Source: Callorhinchus milii (taxonomy: Eukaryota). From it: a stretch of 64,000 bases of DNA. Positions within the stretch are counted from its first letter, which is position 1, and every line of letters starts with the position of its first letter. The position numbers and the translations under genes are program-made. Shown here piece after piece: positions 1 through 12,126 of this stretch. Below the pieces are notes generated by a model. That model was not told the origin of the DNA, did no database searches, and saw only the letters and a list, made by a program, of their open reading frames with translations. Where the stretch lies: positions 135,472,001 through 135,536,000 of the forward strand of contig NW_024704742.1 in NCBI RefSeq assembly GCF_018977255.1. Reading direction: 5' to 3'.

Positions 1-152
1 TAATATTCTCTGGATTACATAAACAGGGTGTGTCCCTTTAGGGGAGATTTCCACTTCTGGGTGGCATACATATGTGGAATTTTTAGTCTGGTTTGGATAC
101 TCTTAAGCAAGTGGTGGGTGTTCTGCGTGTGTCAGACACCCGGCTGACCAAA
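1..152 (+). repeat. Unclassified dispersed repeat (family X), 3' part
   Basis: Shares ggaatt..tcag..tggtttggatactcttaagca...gtgtgtcagacacccggctgacc plus an A-tail with copies at ~22340, 24350, 25700, 35745, 38570 and 61525. Confidence 0.8.
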
Positions 153-185
153 AAAAAGCTGACCGACCATTGTTTTTTTTTGTAG

Positions 186-247
186 GTCTGGATGACCGAA
201 CAAGTTCCGGGTCCTGGGGACCTGGAGGAGATCCCAGTACGACCAGG
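186..247 (+). CDS. TCF4: Internal coding exon of E-protein bHLH transcription factor (TCF4/E2-2-like), N-terminal region; 62 nt, phase 1 to phase 0
   Basis: ttttttttttgtag|GTCTGG...ACCAGG|gtaagt. Encodes (G)[20 protein letters not shown], similar to human TCF4 [21 protein letters not shown] and the same length. Confidence 0.88.
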
Positions 248-603
248 GTAAGTCACACATTTCTACTTGTACAAGCTCCTCTCATCATCATCATAAACTC
301 ACACAGTCAGGTTGCGTCAGTAAATTCAAGGGACATTTGGAAACATGTTTAGCAAACGGATTGATTTAAAAACAGCTTGCCTTTTAAATATCAGCCTGGC
401 TCAATCGGTAGCACACTTGTCTTTGAGTCAGAAGATTGTGGGTTCGAGTCTATAGTCTATGCTGACACTACATTGCCATGCTGTGGGATGGGCCATTGTA
501 GGAGGTGGCGAGTTGTTTGTCTAGTTAGTTAGTGGGTTGTTTGCTAGTTAGATGTTTGGTTGTTTAGTTATGTGTTCTGTTTCATTGGTTGGTTGGTTGG
601 TCA

Positions 604-725
604 GGGCTGAAGTGGGCTGGGCTGGAATGAGCTGACCTAGGCTGAGCTGGGCTGGAGCGTGCTGAGCTGGGCTCGGATGCGTTGTGCTGTGTAGGGCAGG
701 GCTGGATTAGACTGGGCTGGAGTGG
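604..725. repeat. Degenerate GGGCT/GAGCT pentamer repeat
   Basis: gggctgggctgg...gagctg...ggctgagctgggctgg. Confidence 0.7.
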
Positions 726-1500
726 GTGGTGGTGGGGTAGGCTACGCTGGTTGCTCGCTGCTAGTAACAATTCTTTTATTGTCAATTCAACAACAACAAC
801 TTGGATTCATTGTATAACTGAGGTGATTGTGCACAGCCCTGAGTGTCATGTTCATTCGCTTTGTTCATTGGGATTATTTATAGTTTATTTGTGTGTTATT
901 TTGGTCAGCTCGTGCAGTCAGTAGGTCAGTTCAGTATCAGGACTTTGAGCTTGCCGTCCAGGCTATCGCCTTGCCAGAGATGCTGTTCCTCTAAATCGAG
1001 GTCTTGTTCTGTACCTATTTAGGTGGACGTCAAAAGATCCTGTGTTGGAAAAGACACTGGAGTTTTTTCCCGGGGTCGGGGCCTACAATCCGCCAGACAT
1101 AATCAGTTTTTTTTTCTTTACGCACGGAAATTCCAGAGATAAATTGTTGGAATGGAATGCGCACTCTCTTCCTAGAGGGATGGATCCTGCTTACCTGACC
1201 CCGGAAAATATTAGGCGCAGGTTGGCAAGAACCAAGCCAGAGTAGGTGGATTCCAAGCCCCTTTAAAATCCCAATAATATTAATAGTCATTGCATTTCAC
1301 CGAGCCCCTGGTCGTGTCATCGAAATAACGACAACAACTTGCATTTATGTAGCGAAAGTCACCCAGTGTAGCGTCTCGGAACGCTTACAAGGAAATGTCC
1401 CAAAGGAGCTTTGCGGGACTTTTACTGTAAAGCGTAGCGACTGTGCATTTTGTAGACCAGTCCAACTCATCGCCAAAGTCTTTCCTTTAATGTCCTGTAG

Positions 1501-1600
1501 AACTTTGGTGAAGGACCCCATTATGAGCACATGGCCAACCGGGACCTTGGATCACACGACAATCTCACCTCTTCCTCGTTTATGAACTCTCGTCTCCTTG
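1501..1600 (+). CDS. TCF4: Internal coding exon of TCF4-like gene; 100 nt, phase 0 to phase 1
   Basis: cctttaatgtcctgtag|AACTTT...CTCCTTG|gtaagt. Encodes [33 protein letters not shown](G); the RDLGSHDNL and NSR motifs match TCF4 ([32 protein letters not shown]). Phase fits both neighbouring exons. Confidence 0.9.
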
Positions 1601-2081
1601 GTAAGTACCTTTTTGGCTGTGTTCTCGTGCCTCGTTGTACAGAGCTCTTTGGGACAGTCGACCTGTCAAGTGTCCCACAATACGATTCCTTCTCTTTTTT
1701 CCCCCCATTCACTGGTCCCAGCGTTTGATGTGCACAGGGGCGGCTGTTCACGTCTTCACATGGTGTATGAAGGTGACCCTGTTGGTACTCGATGGGGTAG
1801 GCGTGGGTGGTTAGAGGAGTGGGGGGGAGAATAGCACTGCCTTCAACTCCTGGTGAAGACCAGAAACAACTGGTGGGGATGGGCAAAGGGAGGGGTAGAT
1901 CAAAAATATGGATTAAAAAGGTAAATGTATAGATAAGTAAGGAATTACAGTCTTGACACCTGAGCCTTTGAGCTCATTGGAACAAATGAACAGTTCTGTT
2001 TTTTTTGTTCTGCATTTCGCTTTTAACTCGAGGCAAATGTTCGTCTTCAGAATGCCTTGAAAACCAAGTGTCATTGCCAAT

Positions 2082-2285
2082 TGTGTGGTGGACGGTGTGT
2101 GTGTACATGTCGGGTATACTCAATGCCAACAGTGTGGTGGATTGAGTGTGTGCACACTCCCAGTATGTTCATTGGCAACAGTGTGGTGGACCACGTGTGT
2201 GTGTGTATACTCAATGCTGACAGTGTGGTGGTGGATAGTGTGTGTGTGTGTACACGCCTGGTGTACTCAATGCTAACCGTGTGTT
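2082..2285. repeat. Minisatellite, about four degenerate units of roughly 40-55 bp
   Basis: Recurring cagtgtggtgga...tatactcaatgc units with TG runs. Confidence 0.7.
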
Positions 2286-2767
2286 GCGCAATGTGTGAGT
2301 CCTCGATATCAGCAGTGTGAGGTTAAACCATGTGGAGGGAGAATGCCATTTGGCTCCAGTGAGTAGCCCAGGAGAGCTGTGGTTGGGGGATGTGGTAGGC
2401 GGAGGGTTTGGAAGAGTAATTAAAACAATGGAGAGTTCACATCTGGTGTTCGGAAATGTCCTAAATGGCACCAGATTCTTTTTGCGGAGGTTTGCTCACG
2501 GGAGAGGGCTATTGTGTTTGTGTTTGGGCAGGTTATTATGGGGGCGGAGGGATTGGGATTGTGTTGTGTTATGTGTGCGTATGGAGGCTGGATTTGTGTG
2601 TGGGGATGTGTGTGTGTGTTTAAAGTATGTGGAGCCTCGTAAAGTCCTGTAGCTCGGTGGTTAGAGCACTCGCCTCGCAAGCGGGAGAACTGGGTTTGAT
2701 TCCCGGCAGGGCGCATGCAAGGATTATTATTATGTGTATATGTATGTGTGTGGGGGTGGTTGCAATT

Positions 2768-3000
2768 TTCTCTCACTCTCTCTCACACACTCTCAGTCTT
2801 GCATTCTCTCTCCTGCTCTCTCTCTCATGCTCTATCTCTCTCTCTCTCTCTCGTGCTCTCTATCTTATGCCCTCCTTCTCACTCTCATTCCCTCTCATGC
2901 TTACTCTTGCTGGTTATCCCTCTCTCTCGCTCGCACTCTTTCATTTTCTCTCTCTCTTTCTCCCTCCCTCCCTCTCTCTTGCTCTTTTGCACTCTCTCCT
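2768..3000. repeat. CT-rich simple repeat
   Basis: Degenerate (CT)n tract. Confidence 0.85.
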
Positions 3001-3133
3001 GTTAAATGATCTTTAAATAAATACTGACGCAAAAAAAGAAGGTGGAAGATTTTGTTGGGGAGAAATGTGTCAGATTGTTTCAGGTCTACTATGTCTTAAT
3101 GATTATTATGATGATTAATACAGTAAACTGCTG

Positions 3134-3497
3134 ATAATAATAACCCTGGTATTTGATATAGCGCCTTATCACGTCTTCGAGACGTCTCAAAGGGTTTCAC
3201 AGAATATACTGTAAAGTGAGTTGACTGTATTTTGTGGGCGAAACATGCAGCCAATTGCACACAGCAGTGTCCCACAAACAGTTGTGGATTGAGTGAGCAA
3301 ATTATTATTATTTATTTTGAAGGGATTATTACCCCTGGAAAAGCGATGTGCCAATCGACTAACAACTGGGTTCCTACATACTGCTAGGTAAACAGAGGAG
3401 TACGGAGTAAGGAAACTTGCCCAAGGTTTTGCCCTGCCGGGAATCGAGCCCAGGTCCTCTCAACTGCGAGGCGAGTGCTCTAACCACAGGGCTCCAC
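3134..3497 (-). mobile_element. SINE family A (tRNA-Ala-like head, Deu-like 3' part, L2-type tail)
   Basis: Reverse-complement match to the other family A copies, including B-box and (TTA)n tail. Confidence 0.85.
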
Positions 3498-3499
3498 AA

Positions 3500-3660
3500 A
3501 TAACTCGATAACTCCACCCTATCTTAACTTGTCACTGCCGCTTAAGTCCTCGTGCTGCTAATATTCTGGCCCCACTTATTTATCTATTTATACATACACC
3601 TAACTCGCCACTCCTGATAACTCGTCACTTTCCCTTGGAGTGACGAGTTATCAGGACATT
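3500..3660. mobile_element. Probable Tigger/pogo-type MITE remnant with an 18-bp perfect hairpin
   Basis: tcctgataactcgtcact (3612-3629) pairs with agtgacgagttatcagga (3639-3656); repeated taactcg motifs; related to 27680-27752. Confidence 0.55.
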
Positions 3661-3693
3661 AATAAATTTTGTTCGGCATTAAGACCCTTTGGT

Positions 3694-4875
3694 GGAGTCC
3701 CACAGTGAAGTGGTTACAGCGCTCACCTTGCAAGGATCTGGGTTTGATTCCCGGGCCGGGCGAACCCTTAGGCAAGTGTCCTCACTCCACACGCCTCTGT
3801 TTACCTAACAGTAAGTACAAATCTGGCTGTTAGTCGATTAGCGGATCGCTTTTCCGGGGGTAATAATCCCTTCAAAAAAATAATAATTATAATAATAATT
3901 AGTCACTCAATCCAAAACTGTTTGTGGGACACTGATTGCCTCAGGCGTTGACAGCATCAGCATCCAAGGCTGCACTCTCCACCTCTCAAAGCCGGTCAGG
4001 AACCTCGGTGTTCTGTTCGACCCTGAGCTGTCCTTTCTCCCTCATATCTGCGCCACAACTGGCACCGCCTTCCATCACCTCCGGAATATCGCCAGACTAC
4101 GGCACTACCTCACCCCTCACGCGGCTGAAACTCTGGTCCACGCCTTTATCACCTCAAGGCTGGACTATGGGAACTCTCTCCTCGCCGGCCTTCCCGCCAC
4201 CTCCCTCCACACTGCAGGTCATTCAGAACTCTGCAGCTCATGTACTGTCCCGCACCAGGACCACATCACTCCCACCCTCGCTCGCCTCCACTGGCTCCCC
4301 ATCCCCCAGCGGATCGAATTCAAGATCCTCATCCTCACCTACAAGGCCATTCACGGCCTTGCTCCCTCCTACCTCTCTGACCTACTATCCCCCTACTACC
4401 TGCCCGTACCCTCCGTTCCTCTTGCTCCGGTCGGCTCCACATCCCCCGCCCCAACCGCCCTACCATCGGTGGCCGGGCCTTCAGCCTCTCAGCCCCGAGG
4501 CTCTGGAACCCCATCCCCCAGTTCCTTCGCCTTTCCTCCTCCCTTTCCTCCTTCAAGGCCGGTCTCAAGACCTTTCTCTTCAACCGAGCCTTCAGCTCCC
4601 CTCTCGACACTCTATCCCCTCCTCGCTCCCTCCCTTCCCTCCCTTCACCTTGACCATTTCCCCCCTGCTCGGGTCCCGACCCAACTGTCCAGAGCCTTGG
4701 GTCGCCCTCCCGACGTGAAAGGCGCTCTATAAATGCAATCTTGTTGGTGGTGGTGTTGCCTGGTATGTTTCACCCACAAAATATACAGTCAATTTCACTT
4801 CGCAGTATATTCTTTGAAGCACTTTGAAAAGTCGCAATGATATAATGAGGTGCTAAATGCAAGGCTTATTAATAT
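3694..4875 (+). mobile_element. SINE family A interrupted by an L2 insertion
   Basis: SINE head and body at 3694-3935; SINE 3' part resumes at ~4765-4875 after the L2 tail. Confidence 0.75.
3945..4757 (+). mobile_element. L2-clade LINE, 5'-truncated (end of ORF2 plus 3' UTR), frameshifted
   Basis: Translates in pieces to VRNLGVLFDPELSF...HAFITSRLDYGNSLLAGLP...LQVIQNSAA...HITPTLARLHWLPIPQRIEFKILILTYKAIHGLAPSYLSDLL; tail gacgtgaaaggcgctctataaatgcaa followed by (ttg/tgg)n. Confidence 0.92.
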
Positions 4876-5374
4876 TATTAGTGATACGTGATTATAATTG
4901 GGGTGGGGTGGGGCGGGGGATGGGGGGGCAGAGGGAACTCTGCTTCCATCTCCATCTGGAATTTTGCCCGGAATGCTTTTCCTATTTTAAATGCAATTGT
5001 GTGGAATGTTTCTCCAAAGGGGGAAAAAAAAATTGGCAGCTTTGGTAAATGCTCCCAGTGTTTCATAAACAAAACAGGAAATATGAAATAATAATTGGGA
5101 ATCGCAAGTGCTTTTTCTCTCTCTGTCTCTGAGCGCTGGCTGACAGCCTCCTTCGCCTTTGCTCCTGATACTCTTTTCACACCAGGAGATTGGGGTAGCT
5201 TTGCCCTCCTGCAATCTCTCTGCTGCTCAGTGTTTCATCAGCACCAACCCTTCCTTGTGCTGATTTCAGGAGTAAACACTGTACGCACAGCTCTCACACA
5301 CACACCACTCGTACAGCGCTCACACACACACACACACACACACACCACGCCTCACATACACACATAGTAACACT

Positions 5375-5736
5375 AATAACGCTTACATTTGACATAGCGC
5401 CTTATTACGTTGTGGAGACGTCTCAAAACACTTCGCAGAATATATTGTCAAGTGGAGTGACTGTGTGTTTGTGGGTGAAATGCGGAAGTCTACCGCATAC
5501 AGTAGCGTCCCACAAACATCGTGTATTGAGTGACCAATGATTATTATTTATTTACTTGAAAGGGTTATTATCCCTGGATAAGGGATCTGCCAATCGACTT
5601 AACAACCGGGTTCTTACTCACTGCTCGGTAAACAGAGGCGTGTGGAGTAAAGTAAATTTGCCTAAGGTTTCGCCCCGCCCGGGAATCCAACCCGGGTCCT
5701 CTCGCTTGAGAGGCGAGCGCTCTAATCACTGCACTA
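5375..5736 (-). mobile_element. SINE family A
   Basis: Near full-length reverse copy. Confidence 0.85.
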
Positions 5737-6114
5737 TTGGACCCATACCTTGCACGCCCTCACCTCTCGCTTATGGTGTACACTTTGTGACCCCACTGTG
5801 TACACACCTTGCACACGCACACCTTGCTCACACTCATCTAGGCAAACTTCCCATTTATCCCACTCGCATGAAGATACCATTCTTCCACCACTCCCATGCG
5901 CACAAGGACACCTTGCGGACACGCTGTACACCAATGTCAAGAGCAAATCGAGAAGTCAGACTTCAAGAACATCTTAAAAAAAAGGATTTCAGTGATTATT
6001 GAAGGATCAATTGAGGAGGTGTCAGTCTAGCTCTAAACTATATGAGTTCAGTTGCCCCGATGTGGGGCTTGAAACGCACAACCTTTTGACTCAAGGGTGG
6101 GAGAGCTGTCAACT

Positions 6115-6470
6115 GAGTCCTGTAGCGAATTGATTGGAGCACTCGCCTTGCAAGTGGAGGACCCGGACTCGATTCCCGGGCAGGGAGATATCTCAGGCAA
6201 GTTTCCTTAGTCCACACTCACGCCTCTACTTACCCAGCAGTAAGTAAGAGCCCGGTTGTTAGTCGATTGGCGGATCGCTTTCCGGGGGTAATACGGTCAT
6301 TCAATCCACGACCGTTCGTGGGACACTTCTGCGAGCAATTGGCTGCCGCGTTTCATCCACAAATACGCATTCAATCCACTTTACAATATATCCTGTGAAG
6401 CGCTTTGAGACATCTCGAAGACGCGATAAGGCGCTGGATCAAATGCGAGGATTATTATTGTTATTATTTA
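6115..6470 (+). mobile_element. SINE family A
   Basis: gagtcctgtagc...tcgattcccggg...aaatgcgagg(att)n. Confidence 0.85.
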
Positions 6471-6842
6471 TAGGAGGAGGGGAGAATGTGCAGGCAGAGA
6501 GAAGTCATGTCTTCTCAGCTTGTGCCACCCTGCGCCAATTTAGCTCCTTCTCAATGTGCCGCATCATCAGAGCTGCCAAATTGCTATAGCGGCAAAATGC
6601 AATTCGTGGCTTCTGGCAATGGTGAGATACTGACAAGTGCACAAATGTTGTTTGCTGTCTGGTTTCCAAAAAAATGGATTGGGATTGGTTTTGTCTGTCT
6701 CTCTCTCTAAGAAGCAAGCCCCTCCGCCAAATCTGGGGAGGAGAGGTGGGGGGGGGGGCGGGGGAGGAGAAAAACAAAGAGAATAATCCCCCTTCCCTTT
6801 ACTCAGTAGGCCCCAATGAATTGGATCTTGACTTTATTTTGT

Positions 6843-7200
6843 GTGTCAGCCCGGCTCAGTAGGCTGCGCTCTCGCCTCTGAGTCAGATGGTTGTGTGTTC
6901 AAGCACCACGTTGGGACTTTGAACTCACCATCTTGACTCACAATGTAATACAGTGCTGGGGGTGGGGGATTCTACCTTGATGGAGGCCCATACTTTGACT
7001 GGAGGTCCATACTATGGTCCCACCTGCCTGTTTAGATGGATCTTAAAGACCCCATGGCACTACTTGAATAGAGAAGGGAGTTTCTCCCATCGTCATGGCT
7101 AACAATCCCCCAGATAAAATTGATCACTCACTCAAGACTGTTTGTGGGACTTTGTTGTGCTCAATTGGGTTGCTGTGTTCACCTACAAACGTACAGTCAC
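6843..7200 (+). mobile_element. SINE family B (DeuSINE-like)
   Basis: Head gtcagcc.ggctcagt...ctctcgcctctgagtcaga; Deu-domain-like cctgtttagatggatcttaaagaccccatggcacta...gtgtcc/ggctaacaatcccc. Confidence 0.8.
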
Positions 7201-9107
7201 TACACATAAGAGCATAAGAATTGCTGGACAAAAAGAGGACCAAGGACCATCCAGTTCACCTTTCACCATCCTGGCAGTCGCTTGCATATGTCACGTCCTA
7301 AACTGTGTACCGTAATCAACACTTCTGCTTCTACCATCTCATACATTTACTGCTCACTCACTGAAATAGTGTTTCAGCAGATTTGTTTTGAATTTACCCC
7401 CCACTCCCCACTTCATGTCCTCTGGTTCGACTGTTCAGCGCCGGATAAAACAGCTTATAAAACGGCAGTGCACACAGGAAACACTGTTCACTTCCCAGAA
7501 AGATCCTGCGAAGCGCTTTGGGACGTCCGTCTGCCCGATGTGAGAAGTGTATCAAATGCCGAAAGAGACGAAAGCAAACGTTATCTTATTTTCAAGTCAG
7601 AAGCACAAATAGAATTTGTTCTCGTCTAAACGTTGCCAGTGCCCACACACACAGCCTTGTTGCCTGAGCGAAGGTATTAAGGGGAAAAACCCATCCTCTT
7701 TCTCTGAGTTATGTGCAGGGCCTCTGATAATAATGAATGCACGGTTTGTACAGCCGCGGTGCTGTTGACCCGGTGTTCCTGTCCTTCAGTCAAGCTCCTT
7801 ATCCTCAATTATAGTCTATTGTGGTTCCAAACTGTGCACGTGTGCCAGTACCTTAACCTCAACATGGTTCAACAGCACTTCATGTGTGCACTGGAGACTA
7901 ATTGGTACAGTGGCCTCCGCAGATGTGGGTTGAATGCAGTTGGGCTTCATTGAGAGTTCCGCAGTATCACAATGGTTTTAGTCTCAAGAGGATGGGGGGC
8001 CTGGGGTTGGCGAGAGGGAATCTTTTAACGTGTTGCTTGTGAAGTCCTGTAGTGTAGTGGTGAGAGCACTCGCCTCGCAAGTGAGAGGATCCGGGTTTGA
8101 TTCTCGCGTAGGGCGAAACGTTGGGCAAGTTTCCTTACTCCACACGCCTCTGTGTACTTAGTTGTAAGTAGGAACCCGGTTGTGAGTTAATACGCTACAG
8201 AACTCCAGAAGACTCCACTCTTCCAATCAACTAATTTTGCAAAGCCCTTTGAGCCGGTCTTTGTAGCGATCAAACTGAGATATTGTTAATATTTATTATT
8301 ATTAATGCCTGACGTTTAGTGGGTTTGATGGGAGGCCAATAGCAAAGTTGGTTTGACTTGTCAATGGGTGCTCACATCCATCATTGCTTAATTAAAAGTG
8401 AATAGAATAACCAGCAGACCAGGGAATCACAAAAGTATGTGGGCAGTAATCTCATTCATTATGAAATTAATGTAGCACTGCCCCTACGATTGGTATTGTG
8501 CTTTGTTCAGCATACATTTAATCCTTCATTTTTTTTGTAAATCTATAATGAAATTAACTTGTCACTTGCCGTCCTTCTAATGAGACGATAAACTGAACTC
8601 CCCCACTCCCCACCAATGGCACTATTTGAAAAGAGAAAGGAGTTTCTCTCTCCCAGTGTCCCAGCCAACAATCCCCCTCGGATAAAATTGGTCATTGATT
8701 TCATGGCTATTTGTGCGACATTGCTGTGTGCAAATTGGCTGACGGATTAGCCCACAAAAAACCCAGACACTCCACTTTACGATATATTCTGTGAAATAAC
8801 TTGGGATTTGCTCCCGACGTGAAAGGCGCAACATCAGATGTAAAGATTATTACTAAGTCTACAAAACAAACGTGCCATGCAATCTGTTTCAAGAGGATGG
8901 ACTTGTTATTAGGAAAATTTGAGCAAGTTATTGAAGTAGTAGTATAGTTTACTTCACTGGGTTCAACTGTTGAGCATTGGAATAATTAAAAATAGAAGGG
9001 GGTGGCGGGTGCGTTAATTTAATTCTTTCTAATTAACCGTTCATTAGCACCATTACTATAATTCTTCTATTTTATATAGCGCTTTCCAGCGAACTGCTTC
9101 ACAGTGT

Positions 9108-9465
9108 GGAGTTCTGTAGCATAGTGGTTAGAGCGCTCGCCTTGCAAATGAGAGGACCGGGGTTCGATTCCCAGTCTTATTCCACACACCTCTGTTTACC
9201 AAGCAGTAAGTAGGAACCTGGTTGTTAGTCCATTGGCGGATTGCTTTCTGGTGTTCTGGATTATTATCCGTTCAAAAATTAATGAAAAAATTAATAATTT
9301 GGTCATTCAATCCACGACTGTTTGTGGGACGCTGCTGTGCGCAATTGGCTGCCGCGTTTCGCCCACAAAATATACAGTCAATTCACGTTACAGAGTATTA
9401 TGTGAAGTGCTTTGAGACGTCTCAACGACGTGATCAGACGCTATATCAAATGCAAGGATTATTAT
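9108..9465 (+). mobile_element. SINE family A
   Basis: A/B boxes, gggacgctgctgtgcgcaattggctgccgcgtttcgccc, L2-type tail. Confidence 0.88.
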
Positions 9466-10167
9466 AAGGCGCTGCATTAGAAACCAGTATTATTATTATT
9501 TATATTATTATGGTGAGGTACCATTTTCAAACGTGACTGTGTTTAGGGTTTTGCCCTCCTGGGAGCTGAGTTGCTATTTTTACTGGTTTCATCAGCAGGA
9601 GGGTGAACGAACGCTGCAGCCAAGAATGTTTGTGTCTGCTGACAGCCTGATTGAGCCAAGTCTTTTATGCTCTTCCCCTTTTGTTAGTTTGAATCAAGAC
9701 TTGCCTCTTTGACTGAGCTTTCCCATTCCCCCCCCTCCCGCTCCTGCTCAACATCTGACACCAAGATCGGGTGCCCAGCCAGTACTGTCGAGTGTGTTAG
9801 GACAACCTCCTGACATGAAAAGCGCTATATAAGTGTAAATTTGCATTGTACTGTATTGCATTAATTGTATCAACAGTTACTTCTGACAACTAGTGACTAT
9901 CCTCCTCAGGAGGGAAGGAAGGAGGTAAGCAAGGTCTCGTTGGAGCTGAACTGGCTCCAAGCTGACTTGTTTGGCAACGGAGACTCAGAATGGAGCCAGC
10001 CCTCTGTGCTGGCCTCAGTAGTCCAGTTGCTGAGCCGGGCGGGATTGTTGGAGGATTGTTGGTCAAGACATTGGGGGGAAACTCCCTTCATTTTTCCAAT
10101 GACATCGCGGGATCTTTGATGCGACTTCCATTGGCAGAGAAGCAATCTCAGTTATGTCTCTTCCATT

Positions 10168-10620
10168 GGAGTCCTGTCACTTACCAGTTAGAGCACTCCT
10201 CTCACAAGTGAGAGGACTCGGGTTTGATTCCCGGGCAGGGCGAAACATTGGGCAAGTTTTCTTACTCACACGCTGCTGTTTACCTCAACAACAACAACAA
10301 CTTGCTCTTATATAGCGCCCTCTGTGCAGGGTAAGGTGTCCGAGCGCTTAAAGCGTGGTTTCGAATCACCTAGCAGTAAGTAGGAACAAGGTTGTTAGTC
10401 GATTGAATCGCTTTTCCGGGAGTAACAATCCCTTCAGAATAAATAATAAATAATAATTTGGTCACTTCAATCCATGACTGCTTGTGGGACGCAATTGGCT
10501 GTCGCGTTTCGCCCGCAACATATACAGTCAATTCAATTGACAGTATATTCTGTGAAGTGCTTTGAGACGTCTCAACGATGTGATAAGGCGTTATAATTAA
10601 ATGTAAGGATTATTATTATA
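10168..10620 (+). mobile_element. SINE family A with a short internal insertion
   Basis: Head and tail match family A; (caa)n-led reversed tail fragment at ~10285-10365. Confidence 0.8.
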
Positions 10621-11429
10621 ATACTTTCGCACAGAGTAGCGTCTCGCAGCGCCGAAAAGGCGCTATATCAAATTCCGAGTGTTTTTATGCCTCATTATGG
10701 ATTGAGCCAAGCTGACAACGGGTGTCGCGATCGCAGGATCATTCGGAGAGTAAATAGCCAGGGTTTAATAGGAGTGGGGCATAGCGGCTAGGAAGGGAGC
10801 AGGGTGCGTTAAATGGATTGGATGTACATGAGGAATGATGGATAATAAATTGATACTTACGACTCTCAGGTTAGTAGATTATGTAAATTGAAGCGAGGGA
10901 TCGCATCGCTGACTCATTTGTAGTGCTCGCGCAGCAGTAGATAGGTTAATTTAAAATAAAAAGAGAGATAGAGAGCGCGGCTTTAATGTGTATTGAGAAA
11001 AAGCCATTGAAGATGTGAACCTTTAATTATAGATTAACTGTATTGGTCTTTTCAGGCCCTTAATAACATGTTAGCTCCTTAGGTTAATTTTCTATTACTT
11101 TTTAATTTGTACTCGATTGAATCTTTCTCTCACCTCTAATGATCATTGAGTGAAATTGCACCCAGAGAGTTCGCACAGGAACGCAGTGAAGTGTGAAGTG
11201 TTTTGAGGCTCCAGATAATAATAATAAGCCTTGCATTTGATATAGTGCCTTATCACGTCGTTGAAACGTCTCAAAGGAACTTCACCGAATCTGTTGTAAA
11301 GTGGATTGACTGCATATTTTGGGGGCGAAACGTGGCAGTTAATTGTGCACAGCAGTGTCCTAGAAACAGTCATGGATTGAGTGAACACATTTGCCCACTA
11401 ACTCAAGAAGAAAAGGAAATGATATTTAA

Positions 11430-11810
11430 CAACAACAACAACAATAAAATTACATTTGTAAAGCACCTTTCACATCGGGAGGACGTCCCAAGGCGCTGGA
11501 TGGTCAGAGTTACGGACCCGAGCTGGGGGTTGGGGTGGGGGAGGTTGGAGGGCGGGGGGTGGGGGGAAGCAGGGAGATCGAAAACACGGTAGAAGAGGAG
11601 GGTCTTGAGGTGGGTCTTGAAGGTCGAGGGGGAGGGGACGAAACGGAGGGACTGCGGGATGGAGGTCCAGAGGGTGGGTGTAGAGTGGCGAAAGGCCCGC
11701 CTGCCAATAGTGGGGCGAGCGAGGCGGGGGACGTGAAGCAGGGCGGAGCCTGCTGAAGGAAGGGAGCAAACAGGGTGATAGGGGGTTAGGAGGTCGGAGA
11801 GTTTAATGAA
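11430..11810 (-). mobile_element. L2 LINE 3' fragment
   Basis: Minus-strand translation LSDLLTPYHPVCSLPSAGSALLHVPR...GRRAF...PTLWTSIPQSLR...FKTHLKTLLF; (ttg)n tail. Confidence 0.88.
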
Positions 11811-12126
11811 CTGATGCAAACCCCTGATGTCAGTTGTGTAAAGGAAGGGCTTTGAGACTTGTTGAGCCTGGCTCAGTCAGTGAATAGCACTGGAATAGCA
11901 AGTTCCACTTCAGGACTTTGAACTCAGAGTCTAGTTTAGTACAGACTTGCCCAGACTGGTGCGAACGATCGGGTTGGGGGGCTGGGGGCACTTCTTGACG
12001 GCCCCCGGAAGCCACTTCCGGCCTACGTCTCGCCATCACTTGGCGAGACTGACCCTCCAATGCACTGCTGGGGGAGATGCATTGCATTGTCGGAGGTGCC
12101 ATCCTTTGGGTATAAGTTAAAGGTTC

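Noticed and set aside
2082..2285. Repeat units with variable spacers, superficially CRISPR-like
   Set aside because: The spacers are related TG-rich sequence and the units are degenerate, in a vertebrate intron with no cas genes; this is a minisatellite.
3936..4718. 260-aa ORF
   Set aside because: Off-frame reading of a frameshifted L2 fragment.
9877..9924. Exon-like segment ending GAG|gtaagc
   Set aside because: Weak acceptor and a stop codon in the TCF4 frame.
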